Assembly (NCBI GenBank): GCA_002269645.1
Contig: NIVC01001960.1
Coordinates: forward strand, 62,001 to 126,000
Reading direction: 5' to 3'
From: Macrostomum lignano
Lineage: Eukaryota
Length of the DNA: 64,000 bases
In this document: positions 38,201 to 51,500 of the stretch, one piece after another
How the letters are laid out: the number at the start of each line of letters is the position of its first letter
How positions within the stretch are numbered: position 1 is the first letter of the stretch
The notes under the pieces: generated by a model
Seen by the model: only the letters and a program-made list of their open reading frames with translations
Told to the model about the DNA's origin: nothing
The model's database searches: none
Translations under genes and position numbers: made by a program

Positions 38201-41200
38201 CGGCTGGTGCGTCCTCGTATGCTGCCAGGCCGCCGGCCTATTCGTCGGCCACAGTGCTGCGGCACGATAGGCGGTGAGTGCAGCCTGCTGTGGACCGTCA
38301 GTTTTACAGATTTGTCGATTTTATTGTTGAAGCCCCTGTCTCTGAGGTTGGCGCCCCTGTCTCTGAGGTTGGCGCCCCTGTCTCTGAGGTTGGCGCCCTT
38401 GTGTCTCTGAGGTTGGCGCCCTTGTGTCTCTGAGGTTGGCGCCCCTGTCTCTGAGGTTGGCGCCCTTGTGTCTCTGAGATTGGCGCCCTTGTGTCTCTGA
38501 GGTTGGCGCCCTTGTGTCTCTGAGATTGGCGCCCTTGTGTCTCTGAGGTTGGCGCCCTTGTGTCTCTGAGATTGGCGCCCTTGTGTCTCTGAGATTGGCG
38601 CCCTTGTGTCTCTGAGATTGGCGCCCTTGTGTCTCTGAGGTTGGCGCTCCTGTCTCTGAGATTGGCGCCCCTATGTTTCTGAGGTTGGCGCTCCTGTCTC
38701 TGAGATTGGCGCCCCTATGTTTCTGAGGTTGGCGCTCCTGTCTCTGAGATTGGCGCCCCTATGTTTCTGAGGTTGGCGCTCCTGTCTCTGAGATTGGCGC
38801 CCCTATGTTTCTGAGGTTGGCGCTCCTGTCTCTGAGATTGGCGCCCCTATGTTTCTGAGGTTGGCGTCCCTTGCCTCGGAGATTGGCGCTTTTGTGTCCC
38901 TGAGATTATCGCCTCTGCGTCCTTTTTTCTTCAAGTTTTTGTGCCCTGAATAAATGAATAAATGAATATTTCAGTCACTAAAAGCTTATTAAACTAAAGT
39001 AAAAGTGCGAAATAGTTCCATGCCAGAGAAAAATGAATGGTAGCTGGGCTACGAAAGAGAAACTCGAACTGGTTTCTCCTACCTTTCCCAGTGTAAACTA
39101 TTGGCCCTATCTCTTCTCTCTAACTCTGTTCTGTCATTTCAACCTGCATTTTTTCGCGGCCGGTTTGACGCCAAAGCTAGACTCGCTTTACCCCTTCTCG
39201 AGCTCGAGCTTCAGACAAAAGCTATAGGGCGTTGCATCAGCCTTGCACCTACATTTAGTGCATATGTGAGACCGGAATGAATTTGAAATCGCAAATAAGA
39301 GATGGCCATCTCCGAGCTTTTTTGTCTCCTAATTTTTAAGCACGAGAGAAAGAGAGATGAGTCTTGCAAACCTGCCTGTCTGCCTGTCTGTCTGACCTCT
39401 CTGTGCGCTTCAACTATTTCTTAAAACACGCTTAGGAAATGCTGTGTCTCTCTGTTGCCTCTTTTCATTTTTATTTCATTCGACTATATGTGCTATTTCA
39501 TTATCATTTCTTCTGTTATAATGAGTTGAAGCATAATTATTGTCTACGACTTTTAGATCGTTGATTTTTTTATTATAAATTTTGCTTTTCAATTTTTACT
39601 GTGTTTGCCTGACTATGCTTGATGTGTCTCAACTAGTGAGATAATTGTTTTCTTTCTGAGACTCTTTGAGTAGGAAATAGGGGCGAAATTGACTAGTAAT
39701 CTATTCCATTCTGTAATGTTCGATTTTCGCTAGAACTTTCTTGTAAATTAATAAGTTCAATAAAGTCTAATTGTCCCTTAATAGATACTACACATAATAA
39801 TAGATAATAGACTTAATAGACATAATAGATCTAAAGTCCATTCCAAAATCCCAGTTAGTAAAAAACCCTCTCTAAATCGCCGTGAGAAGCGTCTATAAGT
39901 CATTGTGAGAATTGCCTCTAAATTACCGGAGAGTCGCCTCAAAATCACTGTGGAATCGTCTCTAGTTCACCATGAGAGCCGTCTCTAGATCAGCATGAGA
40001 ATCGTCTCTAGATCACCATTAGAATCGTCTCTAGATTACCTTGAGAATCGTCTCTAGATCACCATAAGGATCGTCTCTAGTTCACCATGAGAGCCGTCTC
40101 TAGATCAGCATGAGAATCGTCTCTAGATCACCATTAAAATCGTCTCTAGATCACCATGAGAATCACCTCTGGATCACCATGAGAGTTGCCTTAAACTCAC
40201 TGTGAGAACCGTCTCTAGATCATCATGATAATCACCTCTAGATCACCATGAGAGCTGCCTTAAACTCACTGTGAGAACCGTCTCTAGATCACCATGAGAG
40301 TTGCCTTAGACTCACTGTGAGAACCGTCTCTAGATCATCATGATAATCACCTCTAGATCACCATGAGAGTTGCCTTAGACTCACTGTGTGAACCGTCTCT
40401 TAACCAAGGGGAAATGGCTTCTCGCCTTAGCCAAATCGCCGTAAGAAATTGCCGCTGATAAATTGTCGGGAATCGGCTCCAAATCACACGAGATTAGCAC
40501 GAGATGAACTTCAACGCCTTAGTCTACTCGTACATGTAGATGGATGTTAGAGGGGATCGGCTGGTTCTAGAGGTAATCCATATTAGCCCTAAGCGTGATG
40601 TAAATCTCGTGTGCCGCGTTTTGTAGAATTGCAACAGCGCGCAAGTCGCCAACAACTAAATCGAGGTTGCTATAGGCGGCAACCCGTCAGCTTCACCAAG
40701 TACCCAAATCCCGCGCTCTCAAAGTGTAAGTGTGTTTCCTGCTGCATCGGATTGCATCGCCTTCAGTTTATGGCGCAGTTTGAAGGCTATGATTATTGTC
40801 GATTGTTTTTGAACAATCAACGCGTTTGCTGATATGACTCTCAATACCAGCAGCCTTAGTTACCGTGTGCTTGGTTGAATACATTTGGAGAAACAAGTGC
40901 AACCCTCTACTATTAAGTGATTTGCCTCATTCTACTTGTAGAAGTAGCATGGTTCAGGGACGAGTATTCTGTCTTTAATTAGAAATTTAATTTCTTCTTT
41001 GAGCGGTAGATAGCTAATTCATTTTAGTCGCTTTCAACATTCCCATGGCTTGTCTTGAACGGGGAATCGTTCGTTGTTTCAATGTTTTATTTCTATCCAA
41101 TTTTGTTAATTGGCTGTTGTATCCTATTTAGTACTCAAATATTAATTGCCTGCTTGTTTGTTCGGTCAATTTTAGTTTTATGTTTTGTTTTCGTTTACTA

Positions 41201-43040
41201 ATCTCACTGTAACTCTCAATGAACAAGCATTAAATAATCATATAATCATGTTGCACCTCAAGGTCAATTAAAGTTAAAGAAGGCGGTAGTCTGCTAATTT
41301 ATATAATAGCAAAGTTTTATCTAGAGCTAACTGGAAAATCGATAGACTTACCCAAACGCACAAGACACTGCTGATGAAGGACGGCAAGAAAGCATTGATA
41401 ATGTGGGGCTAGAAGGGATAGAAAAGATTGGGGTGGTGGTTGAGGGCCAGCCAGATAATCGATAGCCTATCGCAAGCCTCTAGTGATGAACCGCAAGCCA
41501 ACAGTAATAAAATGGGGCTAGCAGGGATAGAAAAGATTGGGGTGGTGGTTGAGGGCCAGCCAGATAATCGATAGCCTATCGCAAGGCTCTAGTGAAGAAC
41601 CGCAAGCCAACAGTAATAAAGTGGGGCTAGCAGGGATAGAAAAGATTGGGGTGGTGGTTGAGGGCCAGCCAGATAATCGATAGTTAAAATTAAGCTCTCG
41701 TGCTTTCGTTCTTTTTAGAGGACTTATCCTATCCAGTATTCAAGCACAATAACATTTTTATTTGGCATGGATCTCTTTGGGTTGCTTGCGTGTTTATTTC
41801 TATATACAACAAATCTTGTTTTTGTTAATCGAATTATATTTAGCGCGTGTCCTTATTTTCGGCCAGGTAATTTTGTCATTATTCAAGTAATTATGTTGTT
41901 CCTTAACTTTATTGCTAGGATATATCTATACTCCTGGAGCATTGACTAAGAGCTATAGGATAATACCCCCCCCCCCTGTACTACCATTTTGCCGCTTTCA
42001 GATTAAGAGAATCTGGCACAATGGGCTCTGCGAACCGTTTCAATCTGTCTGCGTTTCGAACTTCCAAGTACCAATCCATGGTCGACGTGAGCAAGTTGTC
42101 TGCCAAGGTATGGGAAGGATGAAGCCAGGAGTGTGTAAGGAGTAGGATGGAGCCAGGAGTAGGATGGAGCGAGGAGTAGGATGTAGCGAGGAGTAGGATG
42201 GAGCGAGGAGTAGGATGGAGCAAGGAGTAGGATGGAGCGAGGATTAGGATGGAGCGAGGAGTAGGATGGAGCAAGAAGTAGGATGGAGCGAGGAGTAGGA
42301 TGGAGCAAGAAGTAGGATGGAGCGAGGAGTAGGATGGAGCGAGGAGTAGGATGGAGCAAGGAGTAGGATGCAGCGAGGATTAGGATGGAGCGAGGAGTAG
42401 GATGGAGCAAGAAGTAGGATGAAGCCAGGAGTCTGTAAGGAGTAGGATGAAGCCAGGAGTCTGTAAGGAGTAGGATGAAGCCAGGAGTCTGTGAGGAGTA
42501 GGATGAAGCCAGGAGTCTGTAAGGAGTAGGATGAAGCCAGGAGTCTGTGAGGAGTAGGATGAAGCCAGGAGTCTGTGAGGAGTAGGATGAAGCCAGGAGT
42601 CTGTAAGGAGTAGGATGAAGCCAGGAGTCTGTAAGGAGTAGGATGAAGCCAGGAGTCTGTAAGGAGTAGGATGAAGCCAGGAGTCTGTGAGGAGTAGGAT
42701 GAAGCCAGGAGTCTGTGAGGAGTAGGATGAAGCCAGGAGTCTGTAAGGAGTAGGATGAAGCCAGGAGTCTGTGAAGAGTAGGATGAAGCCAGGAGTCTGT
42801 AAGGAGTAGGATGAAGCCGGGAGTCTGTAAGGAGTAGGATGAATCCAGGAGTAGGATGGAGCGAGAAGTAGGATGAAGCCGGGAGTCTGTAAGGAGTAGG
42901 ATGAATCCAGGAGTAGGATGGAGCGAGGAGTAGGATGAAGCCGGGAGTCTGTAAGAAGTAGGAGATAATGAGCTCACACCATTGTCCTCAACTCTCCCCA
43001 TTCATTGCAGTCACTGAAGACTTCCTATTACTTCTTCTAA
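32294..43040 (+). CDS. CDC14: CDC14 dual-specificity phosphatase, 7 coding exons, about 564 aa
   Basis: Exons: 32294-32366, 34133-34223, 35158-35326, 36519-36728, 37258-38273, 42002-42107, 43011-43040. All junctions are GT-AG and phase-consistent (1695 nt). Motifs include [42 protein letters not shown] and the catalytic [11 protein letters not shown]. Exons 1, 6 and 7 are less certain. Confidence 0.95.
34373..34670 (+). mobile_element. Intact tRNA-derived SINE with CORE-like centre, in CDC14 intron 2
   Basis: A-box-like cagcctagtgg at 34380 and B box ggttcgattcc at 34425-34435. The centre reads tgagcaagacact..cacccagctgtaaaatgggt and the tail is AT-rich. A second copy is at 1965-2885. Confidence 0.85.
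36760..37228. repeat. 32-bp minisatellite filling CDC14 intron 4
   Basis: Unit atcccagtctgtcaccgctgtcagtgtgctct. Confidence 0.95.
38330..38900. repeat. 20-22-bp minisatellite at the start of CDC14 intron 5
   Basis: gtctctgaggttggcgcccc(tt) units. Confidence 0.95.
39960..40400. repeat. Degenerate 23-bp tandem repeat
   Basis: gagaatcgtctctagatcaccat-like units. Confidence 0.85.
41405..41685. repeat. 109-bp tandem repeat, about 2.6 copies
   Basis: ggggcta(g/a)..gggatagaaaagattggggtggtgg starts at 41405, 41514 and 41623. Confidence 0.9.
42115..42960. repeat. 17-bp and 28-bp minisatellites filling CDC14 intron 6
   Basis: Units gagtaggatggagcgag and gagtaggatgaagccaggagtctgtaag. Confidence 0.95.
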
Positions 43041-43698
43041 GCTGTGGTTCCGTCTCCTCTGCTCGTGTGAACTTTTGATAGGTTTGTGACAAATTTCGAC
43101 TTTTGCCAATCGGGAAGTTTACTGGATATTGTATTATTAACAGTTTTTCGGCTTGAAAAATCCTATGGATCTAATGACTGGGGACGGCCCGATGTGCCAC
43201 TACTCTGTATTTAAACTTTACTGCTTTGCACTGCTGCAAAGTGCTAAACTGTTATAGTTATTCAGATCCTTCAGAAAAAGAGTATGAAAATTGTAACACA
43301 TTATGTTGATTTCCTGCACTCACTCTTTAACCTTATTTAACTTATTTATATGCGTAATTGTCTGCGTATCTTTTGTATAACAACGCCAGCAACACGGGCT
43401 GGATCTGCAGGAGGATGTGATCGAGCCTCCTCTTTTGCCTGTTGAATTTCTGCTTCGCTTATGTCGTTCGATCCGCGGCTTCTTTTTGTCTGAGCTGGAA
43501 GTTCTAAACTGCCTCCGTTATTGAGCTTGCCCTGGTTAGTAACAAGAACGACTTAGTAGAAGGATTGACAGCTTCGTTTCTTAGACACATTTCTGGGGCT
43601 GGGTTTGCGCGAGAAATGCAGGTTTATTTTTGTCAAGCTTTACAAAATCACTGGGGCAAAGATGAGCATTGAATTTGCTTGCTCCGGTCTCCGCAGTG

Positions 43699-44483
43699 CA
43701 GGGGTCGGCAAACCTGTTTACCTCAAGGGCCAGAAAGAGAAACTAGAGACTGACTGCGGCCCAGGAGGGGGTGCTTTCACAAGGTCGAAATTTCACAACG
43801 TCGAAAAGTAAATTATTTCACAAGGTCGAAACTTCACAAGGTCGAAATTTCACAACATCGAAACCTTTAGCAAAGGACTTCACAAGGTCGAAATTTCACA
43901 AGCTCGAAATTTCACAACGTCGAAACCTTTAGCAAAGGACTTCACAAGGTCGAAATTTCACAAGCTCGAAATTTCACAACGTCGACAATTTAATATAACA
44001 AGAACTATACAATAGTTTTCTAAGTTGTGAAATTTCGACCTTGTGAAAGTGGATTCTATTTGAGTTTTCGATGTTATGATGTTGAGTGATCTTGTGAAAG
44101 AAGGTGCTTTCGACGTTGTGAAATTTCGAGTTTGTGAAACCCCCCGCCGGGAGGAGGGGAGAGAGTAGAGGAAATAAAGAAGGGAGAGTGAGATAAGAGA
44201 AAGGAGAGGTGAGAAAATAAAGGAGAAGAGAGGAATGGAGAAAAGAGGAGAGAGAGAGGATGAGACAAGAGGAGACGAGAGGAGAGAGAAGAGAACAAAG
44301 GAGAGAGGAAGAGAGGAGATTAGAGAGAAGAGTGTTGAGAAGAGATATAAACATTGAGTGGGTCGGATTGCTTGATTTCTTGTGGGCCGGATGCAGCTCA
44401 ATGTGAAGTTGAGGACCGGAGGGCCGGATAGAGAGGCTCTGCGAGCCGCATGTTGCCCGCGGGCCGGAGGTTGCCGACCCATA
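43699..44483. mobile_element. hAT-like MITE carrying a nested foldback-like insert (about 43766-44146)
   Basis: Ends are caggggtcggcaaac and gttgccgacccata, with an imperfect 8-bp TSD (ccgcagtg/ccgtagtt). The inner ttcacaaggtcgaaat repeats switch orientation near 44000. Confidence 0.65.
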
Positions 44484-44659
44484 CCGTAGTTTTATTCCTC
44501 ACGATAACCAGCGGCGCCCAAAAATTTCCAATCCTACTACTTAAGTCGTCCTTGGATAGTAGCTGCTTTGCTTTGCTGCTGTTAGACTGCTTTCGACTTG
44601 TATTACTCACTTTTAAGGTTCGGATTTTCTCTTTTAGTAACAAGTATACATTGTGTAAT

Positions 44660-44860
44660 CAAGGGGTCGACAAACTGTTTTACCTTAAAGGCCAGATATA
44701 GAATTTAGCGCATGAAATGAAAGGGGAAGAGAGAGGAGAAAGAGAGGATAGGTGAGAGGGGAGGAGAGGGTAGAGAGGGGAAAAGTGATAGGAGGAGAGA
44801 AGAGAAAAAAGAGAGCTGAGAAGGAACAAGGCCTGAGCGGGCCGGAGTTTGCGACCCCAG
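44660..44860. mobile_element. Second, shorter copy of the same hAT-like MITE
   Basis: caaggggtcgacaaactgttttaccttaaaggccaga ... gggccggagtttgcgaccccag is similar to the ends of 43699-44483. Confidence 0.6.
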
Positions 44861-47800
44861 TTACAATCCCACTTTGCTGAGCAGATATTGAGCAGTGATC
44901 TATAATGCGTTGCAGCACTGTGCTAAATAAATTGTAGATATGGAAAAGAAGTATTCCGTTTTAGATATCTTTGTACGCGACTACTTATAGTAAGATAATC
45001 GTATTCTGTCTGTAGATTCAGATTTCAAAGCTGCTACCCTCTCTTCTGTTGTTTGTTGTTTGCATCTCTGCTTATTTCTGTATTCTGTCTCCGCGCTGCT
45101 TCCCTCTTGGAGAATATTGTTTTTCTGCTTTTTTAGTGCAGCCCATGTTCTACCTGCTGTTCCAATGCATAGATATGGATAAATATATTGAGAAATGTTA
45201 ATTCTTGCACTTAGAATCGCAGGTTTTATTAATGCTAGTATTCTAGAGTGAGATGAACAAGCAGAGTTTAAAAAGATCCATTGCTCAGCTTCTCCTTAGC
45301 AATACTCTGCTGCACCCAATGCTTCTGCTTCTCTCTATACTTCTGCACCCTAAGCTTGTACAGTATAATTAGTGTAGAGATGGAAATCATTTAGATTTTA
45401 GTTGTACCGTATGTATGTGTGTACATGTATATCCTTATGAATATACGATTCTAATTATTATTGGTGATAAAAATATTTCATTTTTCAGAGCAGGGCGCTC
45501 TGTGAGTGTTCTTCTGTGTCAGGAAGGCTGTTTTATTTACTCCAGAGAGAGAGAGAGAGAGAGAGTAGACATTATTTATGACCGGCGTGCGGTCTGTTCG
45601 TTTTTAGCCCTCTGTTTTTTAAACTAATGTACTCTCATTTTTATTTCTATACAGAATTGTCATTAGCGATATGATACGTGTACTTCTATTGTTGTATCCG
45701 CCTACCAAAAATACACAGCATTCAATTGCTAAAATTCGTATTTCAGTTTTTTTAAACGTTATATATATGTTTACTACTATCGGTTATTATTTTTTCAACC
45801 GAAATTTGGTCTTCTTGATACTGCAGTAGCAATTTAAGAACATGGTGAGAAGAGATGTTTTTTTATTCCTTAGCAATCTTTATTGTATTTTCCTGTATTA
45901 TGTTTCGAGCAAATAACACCGCTTGCGAGCGCAGAGTACTACTAATAGTGGCACATCTAGGCATGATAAACGAGCTGGTATCTACATTGTATGGTCGAAG
46001 ATTAGCAGTTTATGCAACACCAACAGCAAAAGTACATCGTTCAAAGGTTTCTTTGGCAGGGGGTGGGGTCAGGGGACCCCCTTGGCTCCTCTCTTGATTG
46101 GTTGCTGTGCCTATCTAAATATTTAGAACTCGAGATTACTAAAATAACTACGAGTACTTAGGAATACAGAGTAATATGCTTAGTAAAACAGTTCAACTCT
46201 CGAGTTCAGTAGCAAGGAAGAATACATGGGACTAGGGGTAAAAGTTTTGTGTGGAGGACGCGATGGGGGTGTTAAGCTATAGTTGGGTGGGGTAATAAGA
46301 GCCAATTATAACGGGCCGGGTCTTAAAATACAATATGGTGCTTCTGCTAAACTGTCTACTGAACTGAAAGTAGCTTATGTACAAATTTACTGACTGGCCC
46401 TATAGCAAAGCTGTCTGTGATTTTGGCAAAGGCTAAATAAATATAGATTTCATGTGTACAAAGCTATTATAGCACCTATTCAACTCTCGTCAGGGTTCAG
46501 GAACTCGTGGGGGTGCAGTTTCGCACATACATTTATACAACCCCGTGGGAATCTGACTGCAGTTCGCTCCCAAGTTCCAAGACAGACTCAGTCGGCGTAT
46601 GAGAAAACAAGTACAGCTAGCTGCTTATGGAGTCCGTCGTTGCATGTAGTCTGTGAGTAACATTTCTTCTCATTACAACTAGCCCGAAAATTACTATATA
46701 CCTACTGCTGTGCATAGCAATCGATTGATAAGTTGGCAAATTTCATTATCTCGTGTCTCGGGAATTGGGGATGAAGCTCGAGCGGCAGGGTTCCGAATGT
46801 TCGGAAATCGGAGATCGAAACCTGAATTCCCAGTCGAGGGGAGGGCACGCGCGTCTGAATATTCTAGAGCCCTGTGTACTTTGAATAGAAATTGGCTAAT
46901 AATTTAACACTTGTACTTTTGAACTCTTTGAATGCAGCTTCGAACATCGCTCGTACGATCCATATAATGATATTTTTGTAACTGTGCTTATTTATGATAT
47001 ATATTAATATCCATACGAACGTAGAACCGATGCCTGCATAGCCTCGAATGGGTGTGTCAGAAGGAGGATGAATGCATTGGTACTGGGGCGTCGTGAATGA
47101 CGTTCTACTTTAATATCTTTGATCCTTGGAGAGATATATATGATCAATTTAGTGCAAAAAGCTGGAGGCCGTCTTTGATGAAGTTCTCTCGATCGGCCGA
47201 TCAGCCGGCTCTAACCACTGAGCAACAACCGTATCATGTATGAGCAATAACTTTGCTACTGCCTTATTAGCTTCCATAATAACATATTTGTAAGACTAAT
47301 TGATTTGCAACACATTTCATTTATTTTTCAACGAGTCAAAGATACAGGGCTTCCCTGCCTAAGGTTCTACACCAAAAAACCCGTTGGCTCTCCTTACACT
47401 CGACGCTGCCTCGTCTCAAAGCAGTTTAGCTTGTTTACCAAACTCGAGCGTGTGCTTCATAATAATTCTGGCGCCTAGACGGAAAAAAATTAGTTCCATT
47501 CCTGTTTATTACTATCTTTTTCGTTGGTATAGAATGTCTCTTTTGGAAGAGCTACACTTAATTGAGGAATACTTTGCAATGGGCAGAAAATGCAGTAGCT
47601 CTCGAGTGGCTCATTTTTCTCTTTAACGAGCCAGAGTCAAAACATTACCCCTCCTTCCCCCCGCCCCTACAATGGGGGGTCCGCCCGCGCAAGAAGCTGC
47701 AACAATCTGCGGTGCCATTTTTGGCTCTCAGTCTGGAATCTGGATGAGCAGGTCCCACCCTTCTGGCCCCATCAAATGCACAATTTAAGCCTGTTGATAT

Positions 47801-48530
47801 AACAACAGAATAGTTTTTTTGGGGGCTAGTCAGCTTTGTTGTGCATTGAGCTCTTCTATCCTTTATAGATTCAAGTCTGGGTTTTTCTCAGGCTATAAAA
47901 TTGAGCTGAGAGTAGTTGGCGTTTGTCCTGGCAATGGTGAAGAGAGCAAGGGTGTAAGTTTTTCGTCTCCTGGCCCAAGTGAGTGTACACCAACATCGCG
48001 TACGTTCGCCTATACTCGCCTCTCGCCACTACTCTTGCTCTTCTTACCCACCCAAACTCTCTCATAAAACCAAGCCAGCCCTGCTCAATACACAGCAAGG
48101 GTACAGCGTAGCCGCCTCCCCCCCCCCCACAGAGCGCAGCCCTGAGAGAGAGATGTAGACACTGCAGAGGACAGGGCTGCAAAAGAAGAGAAACGCTGCA
48201 GGGGGCAAGTACAGTTTGGAGTTCTCAACCGGGGCAGACTGGCGACTCAGATTATGGTGATTTACTTTGAGCACACATGCGCCCACTCTCTCACCCCAGC
48301 TTTGCAATCCTAAAAGCCTCGACTGTGGGGCCAGCTGCATCTAGACTAAAAAACAGGACTCATTGGCCCCCCTTTGGAGCCCTTAATGAGCTAATAGTCG
48401 CTGCCCTCCAATCGTTCCTGCCGTACGAAGAAGAAAACTACAGCAATTCGTTGAAAAAATTGAAACATAGCACAGCAAATCGCAGTCTCAGTTGATTGAC
48501 TCCAATTTTTTATAGCTGAAGTATAGCGAA

Positions 48531-51500
48531 ATGGCAGCAGCGCCGTATCCGCGGTACAGCAGCGGCGCCCGAGTCTACAGCCAGTCTGGCGACATCGACC
48601 AGCTGCTGGAGGACGTCTGGGTCCCCGAAGATCGGGTTGCGCCAAACGCTGCCGGAGGCCGGCGAGCCGCAAACCACCAGCCGCGACAGCCGCAACGGCA
48701 GCCGGCGACTGAAAAGGAGCGCCTGCTGATGGCACAGCTTGAAGACGCCCAGAGGCAACTCCGCGAGCTCGGCCGGCTAAAATGGAGCGACGGCGGCCAC
48801 GGCAGCGGCTCGTCAGATAATCCGATGAGCCCGCCGGGATGGGGCGGCCGTGGCGGCGGAGGCGGCCGTTCGCCGGGTGTGTACGATTGTAAAAGCATAA
48901 TAAGACTTTCCGTAGAGGTTAGTGTCGACTCTAGATAATGATTCTCTCCCTTCCTAGCTCAGATTAGCAACTGTTTTTTATGACGTTTGAATGACGTTTT
49001 ATGGTTTTTCTCAATTTATCCCTCTTTATTATCGTCACTAACCCAGGCTTTATGACCTTTCCTTCCCTGTCTTACCCGAGGCTGTAAGACCTCAGCTTGC
49101 ATTACTAATGAAAGCGTTGATTCAGTGGTGCACCACTGTGCATTTTGCACTGACTCAACTTTCGCAGGCCACCCCGAGCCCAAGCTACACAGGGATGGCT
49201 ACGATCGCGAGCCAGCAGACTCTTGGAACGGAGGCGGCCACGACGACAGCAGCGTTAGCGACACCGACAGCGGCAGCGACAGCGACGACACCGGAGACTC
49301 AGACTCGTCCGAGCCGCTCTACGTGAACACGGACATCGTGGCAGCTGCTGCCGGCAGAGTCCCGACGCCGCCGCCCCGAACGCGGCTGCCTTCGAAATCG
49401 CAGCTGCCTGCAGACTCTTCGTCAGCGTCGCCGTCAGGGGCTCTGCAATCAGCGAAGTCTTCAGCTTTACAGGCGGCTGGGTCTTCAGCCGTGGCAGCAG
49501 CAATGCGGAGCTCCTCGTCGGCAGAGCAGAGCCAGAGCTACAATCGCAGCGCGAAGGAGAGCTCTTCGAAGCACGAGGAATCAATGGCTGTTGAAGAGAG
49601 TGTTAGCATCTTTCAGGTGTTCCCACCGACCGGTCAGCAGCCCCCGAAGTCGGGGCAGCCGCAGCTGCAGTCGCCTCCAAGCCAAAAGGGTGGCTTGCCA
49701 CCCCGTGACGTCGGACGCCCGAACGAGTTTCCACGCACAGACAGTCCAGGTGAGACTGAAAACTCACAAGTGTGTAGTCAGTTAGCTCGTACTGTATGAC
49801 TGGCCCTTCATCGGTTTCTAGTTAGTTGGTTTGTTTGTTCTCTTGCAGTTGTGTCCATTTCGTTGACCCCGAGCATACGCTTGCACAGGGTGTACGGCAG
49901 CTTCTCATCTTCAGTGCACACACTGTGTCTTGGGATTGGTTTTTTGGGATTGGAATTAGGCAAATGGCCCAAGCCCCGGGGGAATTTTCATTTTTGCGAA
50001 CCCATTTATAACTGCACTAATTAACGCGGAATCGAACACAGCTAGCGACTTTGGCTCCAGAGGCGGATGCACTATTGTTCCGTGAATCAAATTTTTACAA
50101 AACCAGCTAGTTGACCTACAGGCATCAGACATTGTGCCTCCCATCCTTCTCTTCAAGGTGGTGGCATCTTCCGCTTTCCGTCGCAGAGCAGCCAGATGCC
50201 GCTGCAGCAGCAGCAGCGGCAATCGACATCGGCCTCCGCCTCGCACCACCAGCAGCACCAAGAATCGTCCAGTTCCTATTCGATGGTAAGGTTCTGTCTA
50301 GCTCGTAGTTTGTATATGGTGATCCAAACGTCCCAATCCACCAATCAAAAAGATTTTAGCTGTTCGTAACGCGAAATAAAATACAAAAATGGATTTACTC
50401 CGCCCGCAGCAAACCGAGCAGCACCACAGTCACAGTCACAACCACAGCCACAGCCACGCACAGCAGCACCAGCTAATGCCTCCTCAACGGCCTGCTATTG
50501 GCCACAAGCACGAGCCGAATCGAAACCAATCCATAGAGCCGCATTCCCATTCGCACGAACACTCGCACGACCACTCGCACGACCACTCGCACGACCACTC
50601 GCACGACCACTCGCACGACCACTCGCACGACCACTCGCACGACCACTCGCTTCATAGCGAGGAAGTCCACGCTAGCAGCAGCAGCAGCAGCTGCCAGCAT
50701 TCCAGCCACAAGGTCAAGGAAGCTGCCACCAGTTCGCGTAAAGAGTCCGAAGGATTGTCGGACGTGTACTCGGAGACTACCAGCCTTCGCCCGATCGGGG
50801 CGGGGATCAAGACTCTGCCTAGCCATACTGCTCAGCACCGGCTGAGGCAGGCCAGCTCGGGATACCAGCTGGGCAACAACCGGCTGCGGACCCTCAACTT
50901 GTCTACTCCGCAGCTGGACCGGGCCGACCCGTTCCAGGCTCCGAAGCAGCCGCAGCGGCCAGCGGCGCCAACTGTTTCGCCAGCGACCCCAACCGGAGTC
51001 GGGCCGCTCAGAGGTGAGTATTGAGCTCGATTATGAATATCTGAAACAAGGATTAAAAGAATAAAGTTTGGTTAGGAGTACTTTGAAAGTCTTACAGCTG
51101 AAGATAAAGCATAAAATGATTCAGGGATTCGGAGATATTAAACTGTAGATTTTTTGTGGCCGAAAATGGTGTCACAGGTAAAGAAAGTGTAAAAAGTTAA
51201 AAAAATATTTTTCAGGTCCCCAACTATACCAAAAGTAGCCAAACTTTGACCACCACATCCGGCCATTTTTGCTCTCGTTCAGGTAGCACTCCTCAAGTTC
51301 CAGTAGCCACCGCAGCTACAAGCTCTCCTGTTCAAGTGATGCCGATGGCATTCATGGTTGCCATGCCAACCACATCGCTAAGCCTGCAACAGTTGAACGG
51401 CTTTGGCGGAGCCGCCGCCTACCTGCAAGTGCCTGGAGGAGTGGCGCAGCCAGTTCAGCAGCCGCTGATGCTGCAGGGACAGGAAACCCAGCGTCCGGCC

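Noticed and set aside
42003-43001. 332-aa minus-strand ORF
   Set aside because: It is an antisense reading of an intronic minisatellite. The real coding signal is the plus-strand CDC14 exons that flank it.
43347-43531. Minus-strand exon-like open frame (GKLNNGGSLELP..RRQLRI*)
   Set aside because: It has no recognisable domain and no upstream partner exon. It is convergent on the likely CDC14 3' UTR and may be chance.
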